Source: Chloroflexota bacterium (GTDB lineage: Bacteria; Chloroflexota; Dehalococcoidia; JACPPY01). Taken from it: a stretch of 64,000 bases of DNA. The notes below the pieces were generated by a model, which ran no database searches, was not told the origin of the DNA, and worked only from the letters and a program-made list of their open reading frames with translations. The stretch is taken from the NCBI GenBank assembly GCA_016190755.1, contig JACPPY010000072.1, positions 37,458 through 101,457 of the forward strand. Reading direction: 5' to 3'. This document shows, piece after piece, positions 42,079 to 51,394 of this stretch (position 1 is its first letter; every line of letters starts with the position of its first letter). The translations under genes were made by a program, and so were the position numbers.

Positions 42079-42933
42079 ATGCCAGTAATGAATATCGGCG
42101 TGGTGGGATGCGGCCAGATGGGCTCGGGCATAGCCGAGGTATGCGCACGGGCCGGCTATCAGGTAACCGTGTCCGAGGTAAACCAGCAGTTCCTGGACAG
42201 GGGCCTCGCGTCCATTAAGGCCTCTCTCAGCAGGGCGGTGGACAAAGGGAAGATGTCGGCAACCGATAAGGACGCCGCTCTGGGCAGGCTGAAAGGTGTG
42301 GTGGGGTTGGAGGCCTTTACCGACCGCGACCTGATTATAGAGGCGGTCGTCGAGAATATGCAGGAGAAAAAACGGGTCTTCGGCGCACTGGATAAGATAT
42401 GCCCGCCCGGCGCCATACTGGCTTCCAACACCTCCTGCCTTTCGGTAACCGAAATGGCTATGGCAACCAGGCGACCGGACAAGGTACTGGGCATGCACTT
42501 CTTCAATCCGGTGCCAATAATGAAGCCGGTGGAGATCGTAGGGACCATACTCACCAGCGAAGAGACGCTTGCCACGGCAAAGGAAGTAGCCAGGACGATA
42601 GGCAAAGAGGTCATCGTGGCCAAGGATACCCCGGGGTTTATCGTCAACCGGCTCCTCATCCCGTACCTGCTCGACGCCGTTCGCCTGTACGAGTCAGGGG
42701 TCGCCACCAAAGAAGATATCGATGCAGCCATCGTCCTGGGGGCCAATCACCCGATGGGGCCTCTCACGCTGGCCGACTTCATCGGCCTGGATACGATTCT
42801 CTTCATCGCCGATGCCATGTATAACGAGTTCAAAAACCCAACACTGGTCGCACCGCCGCTGCTGCGGAAGATGATCCTCGCCGGGTGGCACGGCCGGAAG
42901 TCCGGCAAGGGCTTCTACGATTACCGTAAATAG
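42079..42933 (+). CDS. hbd: 3-hydroxybutyryl-CoA / 3-hydroxyacyl-CoA dehydrogenase
   Basis: 284 aa. Rossmann motif IGVVGCGQMGSGIA. Motifs NTSCLS, PGFIVNRLL and GANHPMGPLTLADFIGLD. Confidence 0.9.
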   Translation: MPVMNIGVVGCGQMGSGIAEVCARAGYQVTVSEVNQQFLDRGLASIKASLSRAVDKGKMSATDKDAALGRLKGVVGLEAFTDRDLIIEAVVENMQEKKRVFGALDKICPPGAILASNTSCLSVTEMAMATRRPDKVLGMHFFNPVPIMKPVEIVGTILTSEETLATAKEVARTIGKEVIVAKDTPGFIVNRLLIPYLLDAVRLYESGVATKEDIDAAIVLGANHPMGPLTLADFIGLDTILFIADAMYNEFKNPTLVAPPLLRKMILAGWHGRKSGKGFYDYRK

Positions 42934-43021
42934 AGCCCAGATTGTATACTTTAGTGAAACCGCGATCGACCCGGGCCGCAAGTAGTGTAGGGCCTAGGTT
43001 TTTCGGATTAGGGGGTAGTTA

Positions 43022-44290
43022 ATGGCCAAAACAGGCAAACTGGGCAGGGGAGTGGCTTTGGTAGGCGCGGGCGTGTCGAAGTTTGGTTCTTTCAAAGACA
43101 AGACTTCCCGTGACCTGTACGTAGAGGCTTTCCTGGACATGAAGGCCTCGGTCGATAAGGGGTTCGACCCCAGGGATATCCAGACTATTTACGTAGGCTG
43201 CTTCTCCGGCGACCTGTTCGAATCGCAGGGCCACCTAGCGCCGATCGTTACCGATTGGGTAGGCCTGGTGCCGAGGCCGGCCACCAGGGTGGAGGATGCC
43301 TGCGCCTCAGGCGGCGTAGCCCTCCGGCAGGGAGTGCTGGCCATCGCCTCGGGGCTTTACGACGTGGCGCTGGTGAGCGGCGTGGAAAAGATGACGAATT
43401 TGCCCACGGAGAGGGTCACAGATACGTTGGCCGCGGCCAGCGATGTGCTGTATGAAGCCTCGGCCGGGTTTACCTTCCCCGGGCTGTACGCGGCTATCGC
43501 TACGGCTCACATGGCCAAGTACGGCACGAAGGTCGAGCACTTCATGCAGGTAGGCATAAAGAACCACAATAACGGCGCCCTTAATCCCAAGGGGCAGTTT
43601 AATCGCTCCATCAAGGACATCATGCTGGCACGCCAGAAGAAGTGCCAGGACCAGGGCCAGCCCGTTCCGGACTACAAGAGCGAGATGGACTTCCTGAAAG
43701 ACGCGGCAGCCAACCCGGTTGTCGCCTGGCCCATGAGGCTGTTCGACTGCTCGCCCATAACCGACGGCGCGGCATGCGCATTGCTCGTTGCCGAGGACAT
43801 CGCCCGGTCGTTCACCGACAGGCCTTTGTACATCATCGGCTCCGGCCAGGCAAGCGACTACGCCCTGCACGGCAGGCCGGACATCACCTGCATCAAGGCC
43901 TCACAGATCGCTTCGAAAGAGGCGTACCAGATGGCCGGCGTAACGCCCAAGGACATACAACTGGCGGAGGTACATGACTGCTTCACTATAGCTGAGATCG
44001 TAGCTACCGAAGACCTCGGTTTCTTCGCTCCCGGCGTTGGGCCGAAGGCAGTTGCTGAAGGGGTGACGGCCCGCGACGGCGCTAAGCCTATCAACACCTC
44101 CGGCGGCCTCAAATCCAAGGGGCACCCAGTAGGCGCCTCTGGCGTGGCGCAGGCCGTTGAGATTTTCAAGCAACTCAGGGGGGAGGCCGGCCCGCGACAG
44201 GTGCCGAACAAGAACCTGCGCCTGGGTCTCACCCACAACGTTGGAGCTACCGGCGGCACTTCGGTTATCCACGTCTATGAAAGGCGGTAA
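43022..44290 (+). CDS. Thiolase-domain protein (SCP-x/archaeal-type acetyl-CoA C-acyltransferase-like)
   Basis: 422 aa. Nucleophile context RVEDACASGGVAL. C-terminal blocks EVHDCFTI and NTSGGLKSKGHPVGASG. Confidence 0.85.
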   Translation: MAKTGKLGRGVALVGAGVSKFGSFKDKTSRDLYVEAFLDMKASVDKGFDPRDIQTIYVGCFSGDLFESQGHLAPIVTDWVGLVPRPATRVEDACASGGVALRQGVLAIASGLYDVALVSGVEKMTNLPTERVTDTLAAASDVLYEASAGFTFPGLYAAIATAHMAKYGTKVEHFMQVGIKNHNNGALNPKGQFNRSIKDIMLARQKKCQDQGQPVPDYKSEMDFLKDAAANPVVAWPMRLFDCSPITDGAACALLVAEDIARSFTDRPLYIIGSGQASDYALHGRPDITCIKASQIASKEAYQMAGVTPKDIQLAEVHDCFTIAEIVATEDLGFFAPGVGPKAVAEGVTARDGAKPINTSGGLKSKGHPVGASGVAQAVEIFKQLRGEAGPRQVPNKNLRLGLTHNVGATGGTSVIHVYERR

Positions 44291-44293
44291 CCA

Positions 44294-44710
44294 GTGATGG
44301 AGCAGAGAGATTTCACTGTGGCATCCTTCAACAAGTTCCTTGGCGAAAAAAGGCTGATGGGCTCGAAGTGTAAGAAGTGCGGATCGCTGCACCTGCCTCC
44401 ACGCCCGTTATGCCCTCACTGCCATGAGGCGGTAATGGAGTGGACGGAACTTAGCGGCAAGGGCAAGCTTGTGGCCTATACCGCCATCTCCGTGGCCCCC
44501 ACTGTGATGGTCAACCAGGGCCTGGGCAAGAACAACCCTTACTGCTCCGGCGTAGTGGAACTGGCTGAGGGGCCGAAGATATGCGCCCGCGTACTGGGCG
44601 TGGACACAAGGAACCCCGAGAGGATCGAGGTCGGCACACCGGTCAAACTCGAGGTGCTGGAGCGCGCCGAGGGCCAGGAAAAGGTCTTTACACTGGCATT
44701 CAAAGCGTAG
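44294..44710 (+). CDS. Zn-ribbon + OB-fold protein (DUF35), thiolase partner
   Basis: 138 aa. Cys4 ribbon CKKCGSLHLPPRPLCPHC followed by an OB-fold-like region. Starts 4 nt after the thiolase stop. Confidence 0.85.
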   Translation: MMEQRDFTVASFNKFLGEKRLMGSKCKKCGSLHLPPRPLCPHCHEAVMEWTELSGKGKLVAYTAISVAPTVMVNQGLGKNNPYCSGVVELAEGPKICARVLGVDTRNPERIEVGTPVKLEVLERAEGQEKVFTLAFKA

Positions 44711-44788
44711 CAGGCTGCTCAACGCCATGACTGGTGGGGGGACATGGCTAAACCGGAGCCAGGGTCAGGGCTGCATTGCTGTCGTTGA

Positions 44789-45484
44789 TTAGCCCGGGCA
44801 AAGGATCCGGCCGCAGCTACTGCACTGGACGAGGGCGCCTGAGCGAACGCGCTGCCATGTACCTGTCGGCAATATAAGCCGGCACCCCTGGCACATGCCA
44901 CGCTCAACACGTGCTACCGCCTGACCGCGCGACGATTTCACTGTCTCGTACATCTCCAGGGTTGTCCGACTGATCAGGCCCGCAACTTCCTGCCGTTGCT
45001 TCTTGAGTGCGGCGATAGCAGAATTCAATTCGTCGCGCTGCCGGACAAGCTGCTCTTTCTGTACCTGCCACTCCTTTTCGAGCTCGGCTACGGAGCTTGA
45101 GGCCGTCTTCACAGTTATCTGTGCAGACTCAAGTTCTTCCATGGTTTGGAGGAGCTTGTCGTCGGATGCTTTTCGCCTGGACTGCAAGGAGTCAAGCTCC
45201 TTTTGCATAGCTATAAGCTCCTTGGGGTTGCTCGTCTTGCCAGCAAAGAGCTGAGACTCCTGTTGTTTGACCTTTTGCGCCAAGTCGCCCACTTCCCATT
45301 CAAGCGACTTTTGCGCCTTCTCTAGCTCGGCCAGCTTCTGCTGTTCCTCCGCAAGAGCGCGCCGAGAGGTTTCCAACTTCTCGTTATCATTGAGCTGAGC
45401 CTCCACCTGGACTAGAGTCTGTTCCTTTTCGGATATCTCGCGGTCGACCTGCTGAAGATCAAGCAACTGTCTACATTCGCTCAT
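44789..45484 (-). CDS. Coiled-coil protein with C-terminal C4 zinc ribbon (COG1579-like)
   Basis: 231 aa. Long heptad-rich region, then CQGCRLILP...CSSCGRILC. Confidence 0.7.
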   Translation of the reverse strand: MSECRQLLDLQQVDREISEKEQTLVQVEAQLNDNEKLETSRRALAEEQQKLAELEKAQKSLEWEVGDLAQKVKQQESQLFAGKTSNPKELIAMQKELDSLQSRRKASDDKLLQTMEELESAQITVKTASSSVAELEKEWQVQKEQLVRQRDELNSAIAALKKQRQEVAGLISRTTLEMYETVKSSRGQAVARVERGMCQGCRLILPTGTWQRVRSGALVQCSSCGRILCPG

Positions 45485-45560
45485 ATCAAGACCTCAGCCA
45501 TAGAGTGAAGCAAGCAGGGCCATTCGGGCTGCCTCCAGGTAGTGGAGTATGACAGACGGC

Positions 45561-46217
45561 CTACGACGCCTGCACCTTGCTGCCCGGATATTCCAGCACA
45601 GTAACCTGGAGCGCTGCCGGCAGGTTAATGCCACTCACCGATAACCTGGGCTGCGGCGCAACCTCTTTCACCACGACCTCTTTGAGGAACTTGTCGACAC
45701 CGTTAAGCTCTGCTCGGCTGACAGCGGTCTTGTAATGCATTGGCACGACTATTCTGGGCTCAAGGCGGCGCATGACCTCCGCTGCCCCGGTGGCGTCTAT
45801 GGTAGTCACGCCTCCGACTGGCAGGAGGAGCACATCCACTCTTCCAAGCTCGCCTGCTGTCTTTGAGCTCAATACGTGCCCGAGGTCGCCCATGTGGCAT
45901 AAGGAAAGTCCGTCGATTTCAATCCGGTAAACGGTGTTCTTGCCGCGCAGTTGTCCACCCTTGTCATCATGGAACGAAGCTACACCTGTGATGAAGACTC
46001 CTGATGTTTCGTACTCACCGGGGCCGGTCACGACCTTCGGTTCGCCAGAAACGGCACCGACGTTGCTATGCCCGGGATGTTGATGGGTCACGATCACCAG
46101 GTTGGCTTCCAACTTCGGCAGGTTGTACCCAGTCTCCGGCCCGTATGGGTCGATGACGATTGTGACGCTCTTGCCCTTGATTCGAAAACAGGAATGTCCG
46201 AGCCAGTATATATCCAT
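45561..46217 (-). CDS. MBL-fold metallo-hydrolase (UPF0173-like), paralog 1
   Basis: 218 aa. N-terminus MDIYWLGHSCFRIKG. The His motif reads THQHPGH, so the Asp of HxHxDH is replaced by Gly. Motifs LCHMGDLGH and VVPMHYKT. Confidence 0.8.
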   Translation of the reverse strand: MDIYWLGHSCFRIKGKSVTIVIDPYGPETGYNLPKLEANLVIVTHQHPGHSNVGAVSGEPKVVTGPGEYETSGVFITGVASFHDDKGGQLRGKNTVYRIEIDGLSLCHMGDLGHVLSSKTAGELGRVDVLLLPVGGVTTIDATGAAEVMRRLEPRIVVPMHYKTAVSRAELNGVDKFLKEVVVKEVAPQPRLSVSGINLPAALQVTVLEYPGSKVQAS

Positions 46218-46324
46218 GGTTACACCGTTAATACAAACAAATCAACCAGTTCCAACGCGTTCGGAGCCCGTGCCCGCTTTCCGGGCAAACAAGCCATATC
46301 ATACCTCATATAGTAGGTTCGACG

Positions 46325-47020
46325 CTATGCCTCGCGATCCAAATGGGTCTGGTGACCCTCAGACGGCGTGTTTTGCCTCCTCCGTATCCACATATCAAGG
46401 GAATCGATCCGGTCCACTCCCTTGAGCGAAGAGACCATGCCCTGGACAGTCTTGGCCATTATCTCCTGGACGAAATCGCCAGCCTCGACCGGCAAGCCGT
46501 TTACGAAGAGCCCGATATCCAGGTCACCACGGTTGGACACGAGCTTTCGCTCAATCAGGTCGGCGACACCTTTCACGTCGTCCCAAGCGAACTGCGGGAC
46601 CTTGACATCCAGGGATTCGTCGGTCACAACGCCCAACAGTCCCTGGCGCGTCGAGATCAGCTCCTGTCCAATTTCCCGGCGATGCACCTCGATCTTCGGG
46701 GCGATATCCCTGTGAAAGCCTTCCACGAGCAGGATATCGTAGTCGCCGCCGACATGCGCCAAGACCTCGTCCAGGCTGAGGTCTTTTTTCAGGCGTGTGC
46801 TCGAGAATGCGCGGCCTGGAGAAAACAGCAGCACCCTGTCGCTCCCGGCCTGAACCAGCCGCCAGCTATCTTTGCCGGGCCGGTCGAACACCCCCTCATC
46901 CTTGGAATGCTTGACGACCGCTACCCTGTAGCCGCGGGATTTAAACTCCGGTATGAGCTTCTCCATGAATGTGGTCTTGCCTGTCCCGGACTTACCTACG
47001 ATACAAACGAGAGGTATCAT
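46325..47020 (-). CDS. mobB: Molybdopterin-guanine dinucleotide biosynthesis adapter MobB with C-terminal extension
   Basis: 231 aa. P-loop IVGKSGTGKTTFMEKL and the motif VAVVKH. An extra C-terminal 60 aa or so relative to typical MobB. Confidence 0.8.
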   Translation of the reverse strand: MIPLVCIVGKSGTGKTTFMEKLIPEFKSRGYRVAVVKHSKDEGVFDRPGKDSWRLVQAGSDRVLLFSPGRAFSSTRLKKDLSLDEVLAHVGGDYDILLVEGFHRDIAPKIEVHRREIGQELISTRQGLLGVVTDESLDVKVPQFAWDDVKGVADLIERKLVSNRGDLDIGLFVNGLPVEAGDFVQEIMAKTVQGMVSSLKGVDRIDSLDMWIRRRQNTPSEGHQTHLDREA

Positions 47021-47032
47021 GCATGTCCCCTG

Positions 47033-48346
47033 CTAGAATTGCTCTTCATTCCAATCAGGCACGAGGACTTCGACCAGGTCTCCGGCGTTGACCTGCATGA
47101 CGTCCTCGGGCACCACAGCCAGGCCGTTGGCGTCGGCCATGGAGGTAAGTATGCCGGACCCTTGCGGCCCCGTGAGGCGTGCCACCCACTCGCCGTGTTC
47201 CTTTGCCAGCTTCACACGTGCAAAGATGCGGCGGCCATCAGTATTCTTGACCGCATCCATAATGCGCGCAACTACCGACGACATTGTCAGGTGTTTCTTC
47301 CCCATCATCTTGAGTATCGCTGGCCGGGCAAACATCTCGAAGGTTATCATGGACGACGCGGGGTTGCCGGGCAACCCCAGGTGCGGAACAGCCTTCCTGC
47401 GCGCGCGCAGGACACCGAAGGCTATAGGTTTGCCAGGCTTCATTCGCACCGTCCAGAACTGGATCTCGCCTTCTGTCGCCAGAACGTTTTTGACCACATC
47501 GTAGTCGCCCACCGACACTCCCCCGGACGTGATAAGCAGGTCCGACTTGAGCCCTTCGCGTATCGCGCCCACCAGCGCTTCCTTCTGGTCCGGCGCTACA
47601 CCGAGTATATTCGGGATGCCTCCGTAGCGGATGACCTGTGCGGCGATGCTGTAGGTGTTGCTGTTATATATCTTGCCGGGCGGCAGAGGCTCGGAAATAT
47701 CTACGACCTCATCCCCCGTGGCCAGTACGGCTACCGATGGGCGTCTTATGACCGGGACCCTGCTGCGCCCCAGTGAAGCCAGCACGCCGATTTCGGCAGA
47801 GCGGAGGACGGTATCTTTTTTGAGTACAAGGCTGCCGCGGCGGACGTCCTCCCCCGCGCGGCGTATGTTGGCGTCGGCAGGCAACTCCTGCATCACCATC
47901 ACCTGGCTGGAATCGGCGGAACCCCGCGTCCTCCGGGCAATATCGTCGGTCATTTCGAATGGCACGACCGTGTCGGCGCCTCTGGGCACCGGCGCTCCGG
48001 TCATTATCCTGATCGCCGTATCAGGCGCGACCTCCTTGTCCGATGAATGCCCGGCAGCTACCTCAGCAATTACACGGAGGAGCTTCGGGGAAGAAGGGGA
48101 CGCACCAGCAATGCTCTCGGCCCTCACGGCAAACCCGTCCATGGCCGAGTTGTCCGAAGGAGGTACGTCGATGGAGGCAAACACGTTCTCCGCCAGCACC
48201 TGCCCGAGGCATTCGAGCAGCGGCCTCTCCTCCTTTTCGAGCACCCTGACATTCGAGAGCACTTTCTCCTGTGCCTCCTCGACGGAGAGCATGCCCACAT
48301 TCGTAGCTACCATTTCGCCCCTTCTATTTATTCCTTCATTTGTCAT
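47033..48346 (-). CDS. moeA: Molybdopterin molybdotransferase MoeA
   Basis: 437 aa with MoeA domain order. Motifs SDNSAMDGFAV, LLITSGGVSVGDYD and GLPGNPASS. Start is ambiguous (ATG 48346, or 48292 giving MLSVEEAQ...). Confidence 0.9.
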   Translation of the reverse strand: MTNEGINRRGEMVATNVGMLSVEEAQEKVLSNVRVLEKEERPLLECLGQVLAENVFASIDVPPSDNSAMDGFAVRAESIAGASPSSPKLLRVIAEVAAGHSSDKEVAPDTAIRIMTGAPVPRGADTVVPFEMTDDIARRTRGSADSSQVMVMQELPADANIRRAGEDVRRGSLVLKKDTVLRSAEIGVLASLGRSRVPVIRRPSVAVLATGDEVVDISEPLPPGKIYNSNTYSIAAQVIRYGGIPNILGVAPDQKEALVGAIREGLKSDLLITSGGVSVGDYDVVKNVLATEGEIQFWTVRMKPGKPIAFGVLRARRKAVPHLGLPGNPASSMITFEMFARPAILKMMGKKHLTMSSVVARIMDAVKNTDGRRIFARVKLAKEHGEWVARLTGPQGSGILTSMADANGLAVVPEDVMQVNAGDLVEVLVPDWNEEQF

Positions 48347-48818
48347 GGACTGCCAGTTTTCTGGCCCTGTCTATATCCGCCGGGGTATTCACATTGAAGA
48401 ACGACAGGTGTTGCGGATCGAATTTTTCTATCTCGTGCTGTTCCACGTATCGAACACGTACAGCCCGGAGCATCAGCGACACCTGAGATTTCCCCCCGGA
48501 CAGCACAGCCTCGGTTGCCGGTAGACAGCTCTTGGAATATACGGAGTGCAACGCCTCCGGGAATCCCAAGAGCCGCGGCACAACAGCGTCGAAGCCGAGA
48601 CGAAGCCCGATCTCATATTTGAGCAGGTTCCAGTTAAGGAAGGGCATATCGCAGGCGACGACCAAAATGTACTGGGTCGTCGCGGCCTTCAATGCCGAGT
48701 GTATGCCCCCAAGAGGGCCCATGCCCGGCCAAATATCCTCCGCTACTCTGGCGCCCAGGTCCTGGTCTTGCAGCGAGAGGGCAAACTGGTGGTTCGTCAC
48801 CACCAGCACCTCGCCCAA
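48336..48818 (-). CDS. mobA: Molybdenum cofactor guanylyltransferase MobA (annotated from first canonical start; true N-terminus lies upstream)
   Basis: The C-terminal part has GPLGGIHSAL and LVVACDMPF. The in-frame upstream sequence (48819-48980) encodes the essential N-terminal motif DVTGVVLAGGKSSRLGRNKA. It contains no ATG, GTG or TTG. Confidence 0.8.
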   Translation of the reverse strand: MGEVLVVTNHQFALSLQDQDLGARVAEDIWPGMGPLGGIHSALKAATTQYILVVACDMPFLNWNLLKYEIGLRLGFDAVVPRLLGFPEALHSVYSKSCLPATEAVLSGGKSQVSLMLRAVRVRYVEQHEIEKFDPQHLSFFNVNTPADIDRARKLAVHDK

Positions 48819-49098
48819 CGCTGAGAGCCGCCTTGTTGTCCTCTTCAGGAGGCTCTCTTCGCCAACAACCTCAAAGGCCTTGTTCCGGCCCAGGCGGCTG
48901 CTTTTGCCTCCAGCCAGAACAACTCCGGTAACATCTGAGAATTCGCCGAGTTGGATGTCCGCTACCTCGCGATGGTTCAGTCAGACCCGGGATCGTGTCT
49001 ACAGTCGTCTGCAACCGGTCTGCCGACTCACATGAACTAGTTGAAATTATACTTCTCGCTTCTTGCTAACTCCAGTCCGCCGGGCCGCACCCTCGGGC

Positions 49099-49746
49099 TT
49101 ATCCCAGAAAGGGTTCAAGCACGGCTATCTCACTCCTGGGCAGCCTTTGGGCGTCCAGCATAATCTCGCTGCCGTCGACCTTCCGGACGCCGTTCTTGCC
49201 CCCGAGGAAGTCATCGACACCCGCGATGGGAAAATCCACTTTAGGGGTTTTATAGTGCATGGGAACAGTCACGTTGGGGTTCAGCGCTTTCCAGACAGAC
49301 GTAGCCATTCCGGCATCAAGGGCATATGTGCCGCCTACTGGCACCAACAGGACGTTAACTGTCCCGATATCCGTCACCTGCCTCTGGCTCAATTCATGTC
49401 CAAGATCCCCCAGATGACAAAGCCGAATGCCGTCTACTGTGAAGCAGAAGACGATATTGTTGCCACGCTGCTTGCCCTGAGACTGGTCGTGGTAGGTTTG
49501 TATTCCCATGAACTGGATACCTTTGACCTCAGTGGCTCCACTGGATTGCACAACCACCGGACTGCCCTTTACTCCAGAGACTGAATTGTGGTCACGATGG
49601 CCGTGACTTACCGTTACGGCATCGGCGGACTCAGAAATCCGGGCATATTTTATACCCCCGCCCACTTCGTACGGGTCCGTAATGATTTTCAGGCCAGAGT
49701 CCGAGGTGATGAGGAAGCTGGCATGTGCCAGGTACTTCAGTTTCAT
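49099..49746 (-). CDS. MBL-fold metallo-hydrolase (UPF0173-like), paralog 2
   Basis: Track ORF trimmed to ATG 49746 (RBS GGAGG). N-terminus MKLKYLAHASFLITS. Canonical SHGHRDH motif, plus LCHLGDLGH and TVPMHYKT. Confidence 0.8.
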   Translation of the reverse strand: MKLKYLAHASFLITSDSGLKIITDPYEVGGGIKYARISESADAVTVSHGHRDHNSVSGVKGSPVVVQSSGATEVKGIQFMGIQTYHDQSQGKQRGNNIVFCFTVDGIRLCHLGDLGHELSQRQVTDIGTVNVLLVPVGGTYALDAGMATSVWKALNPNVTVPMHYKTPKVDFPIAGVDDFLGGKNGVRKVDGSEIMLDAQRLPRSEIAVLEPFLG

Positions 49747-49820
49747 AGAAGCTCCTCCCTTTCCAAATGCTTGCGCTGACGGCAGGCAGAGCTGCCGATT
49801 ATAGCCTGCCAGGCTGAGTG

Positions 49821-51317
49821 TTAAGCCGCCAAAGATTCCACCAGGTTCACCAGAGTCCGCACAGCCACGCCAGTAGCCCCTTTTACGTTGTAACCTGACA
49901 CCTTCTCCGTGAATGCTGTGCCAGCAATGTCCAGGTGGACCCATGGCGTAACCCCGACGAACTCCGAGAGGAATTGCGCCGCCGTTATCGCGCCTCCATA
50001 TCTACCTCCGCTGTTCTTCATGTCCGCGATATCGCTCTTGTTCTGCTCCTTATACTCCTCGAACATCGGCATTTGCCACATCTTCTCACCCGCCTTTGCC
50101 GCAGCTTCGAGTACCTTATTGGCAAGCTCCTGATTGTTGGTAAATAGCCCCGTTGCTACCTGGCCCAGCGCCACACGACATGCACCGGTGAGAGTAGCCA
50201 CGTCAACGATGGGCGAAAAACCTTCCCTGACGGCATATGAAAGGACGTCCGCGAGCGTGAGCCGCCCTTCGGCGTCAGTGCTGATAACCTCGATGGTCTT
50301 GCCGTTCAACGCCTTGAGTACGTCGCCCGGTTTGAGCGCAGTGCCGCTGGGAAGGTTCTCCGTTGCGCCGCACATGGCTATGACGTTGGCTTTCAGCCTC
50401 AGGCGGCTGATGGCAGCTATGGCGTTCATAACAATGGCGCCACCGGACATATCGTCCTTCATCTCCTCCATTCCTTCGGAAGGTTTCAGCGAGATGCCAC
50501 CCGAGTCGAAGGTTATGCCCTTCCCGACCAAAGCCAGGACCTCGCTTGATTGAGGATTCCCGTTGTAGCGCAGTAGAATGAAGGCCGGCGGCTGGGCAGC
50601 GCCTTGGGCCACACCGAGTAGCGCTCCCATGCCCTTGGCACGCATTTGCTCGCGGTGCAGCACGCGGACCTGCAGACCGTAGCTGCGGGCCAGGTCATGT
50701 GCTATCTCAGCCATCTCCGCAGGAGTCATCCGATTCGATGGTTCATTGATCATGCTCCGGGCGAGGTTGGTAGCCTCCGCGATTATGGATCCCCTCTCAC
50801 AAGCGCGTTCCAGGGCAGAGGCATCAGCCTCGGTGCTCACGATATGCACTTCCTCGACCTGCGGTTCCTCTGGAGCCTTGGTACAGTACTTGCGGAATGT
50901 ATATAGGCCGAGGATACATCCCTCGGCGGTGGCTTGTACTGCCTCCGACACCGGCAGTGCGCCATCCTTTGTGCCATGGATTACAGAGGCGATCTTCTGG
51001 GCTCCGGCACGCCGTAAAACACGGCAGCATTCAGCCATCGCGCGGCGCACTTTGTCCGTGTTTAGCTCAGCTTGCTTTCCCAACCCGAGAACGGCGACTC
51101 GCGCTGCAGGCAATTTGCCCAATGTATGGATCAGGGTGACTTCGCCAACCTTTCCCTTGACCTCATTCTGCGAGATCATCTGTGCTATGGCGCCCTTGAG
51201 CAATTCATCCACGGCTATTGTCGCGCCAGATGGGTGGGCCGCTCCTTCAAAGACATCTACGATGATCGCGTCGGCTGAGTATCGGGCTATGTCACCCGTG
51301 ACAACACTAACCTTCAC
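49821..51317 (-). CDS. pepA: Leucyl aminopeptidase (M17)
   Basis: 498 aa. M17 signature VISTDAEGRLTLADVL, plus GKGITFDSGG and MKDDMSGGA. GTG start with RBS GGAGG. Confidence 0.9.
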   Translation of the reverse strand: MKVSVVTGDIARYSADAIIVDVFEGAAHPSGATIAVDELLKGAIAQMISQNEVKGKVGEVTLIHTLGKLPAARVAVLGLGKQAELNTDKVRRAMAECCRVLRRAGAQKIASVIHGTKDGALPVSEAVQATAEGCILGLYTFRKYCTKAPEEPQVEEVHIVSTEADASALERACERGSIIAEATNLARSMINEPSNRMTPAEMAEIAHDLARSYGLQVRVLHREQMRAKGMGALLGVAQGAAQPPAFILLRYNGNPQSSEVLALVGKGITFDSGGISLKPSEGMEEMKDDMSGGAIVMNAIAAISRLRLKANVIAMCGATENLPSGTALKPGDVLKALNGKTIEVISTDAEGRLTLADVLSYAVREGFSPIVDVATLTGACRVALGQVATGLFTNNQELANKVLEAAAKAGEKMWQMPMFEEYKEQNKSDIADMKNSGGRYGGAITAAQFLSEFVGVTPWVHLDIAGTAFTEKVSGYNVKGATGVAVRTLVNLVESLAA

Positions 51318-51394
51318 CGGGACCTCCTTCGAAATACCTTGTTGTACACCATATGTAAGGACCTGGAACCGGCAATACTGCGAGGGATCGGGCC

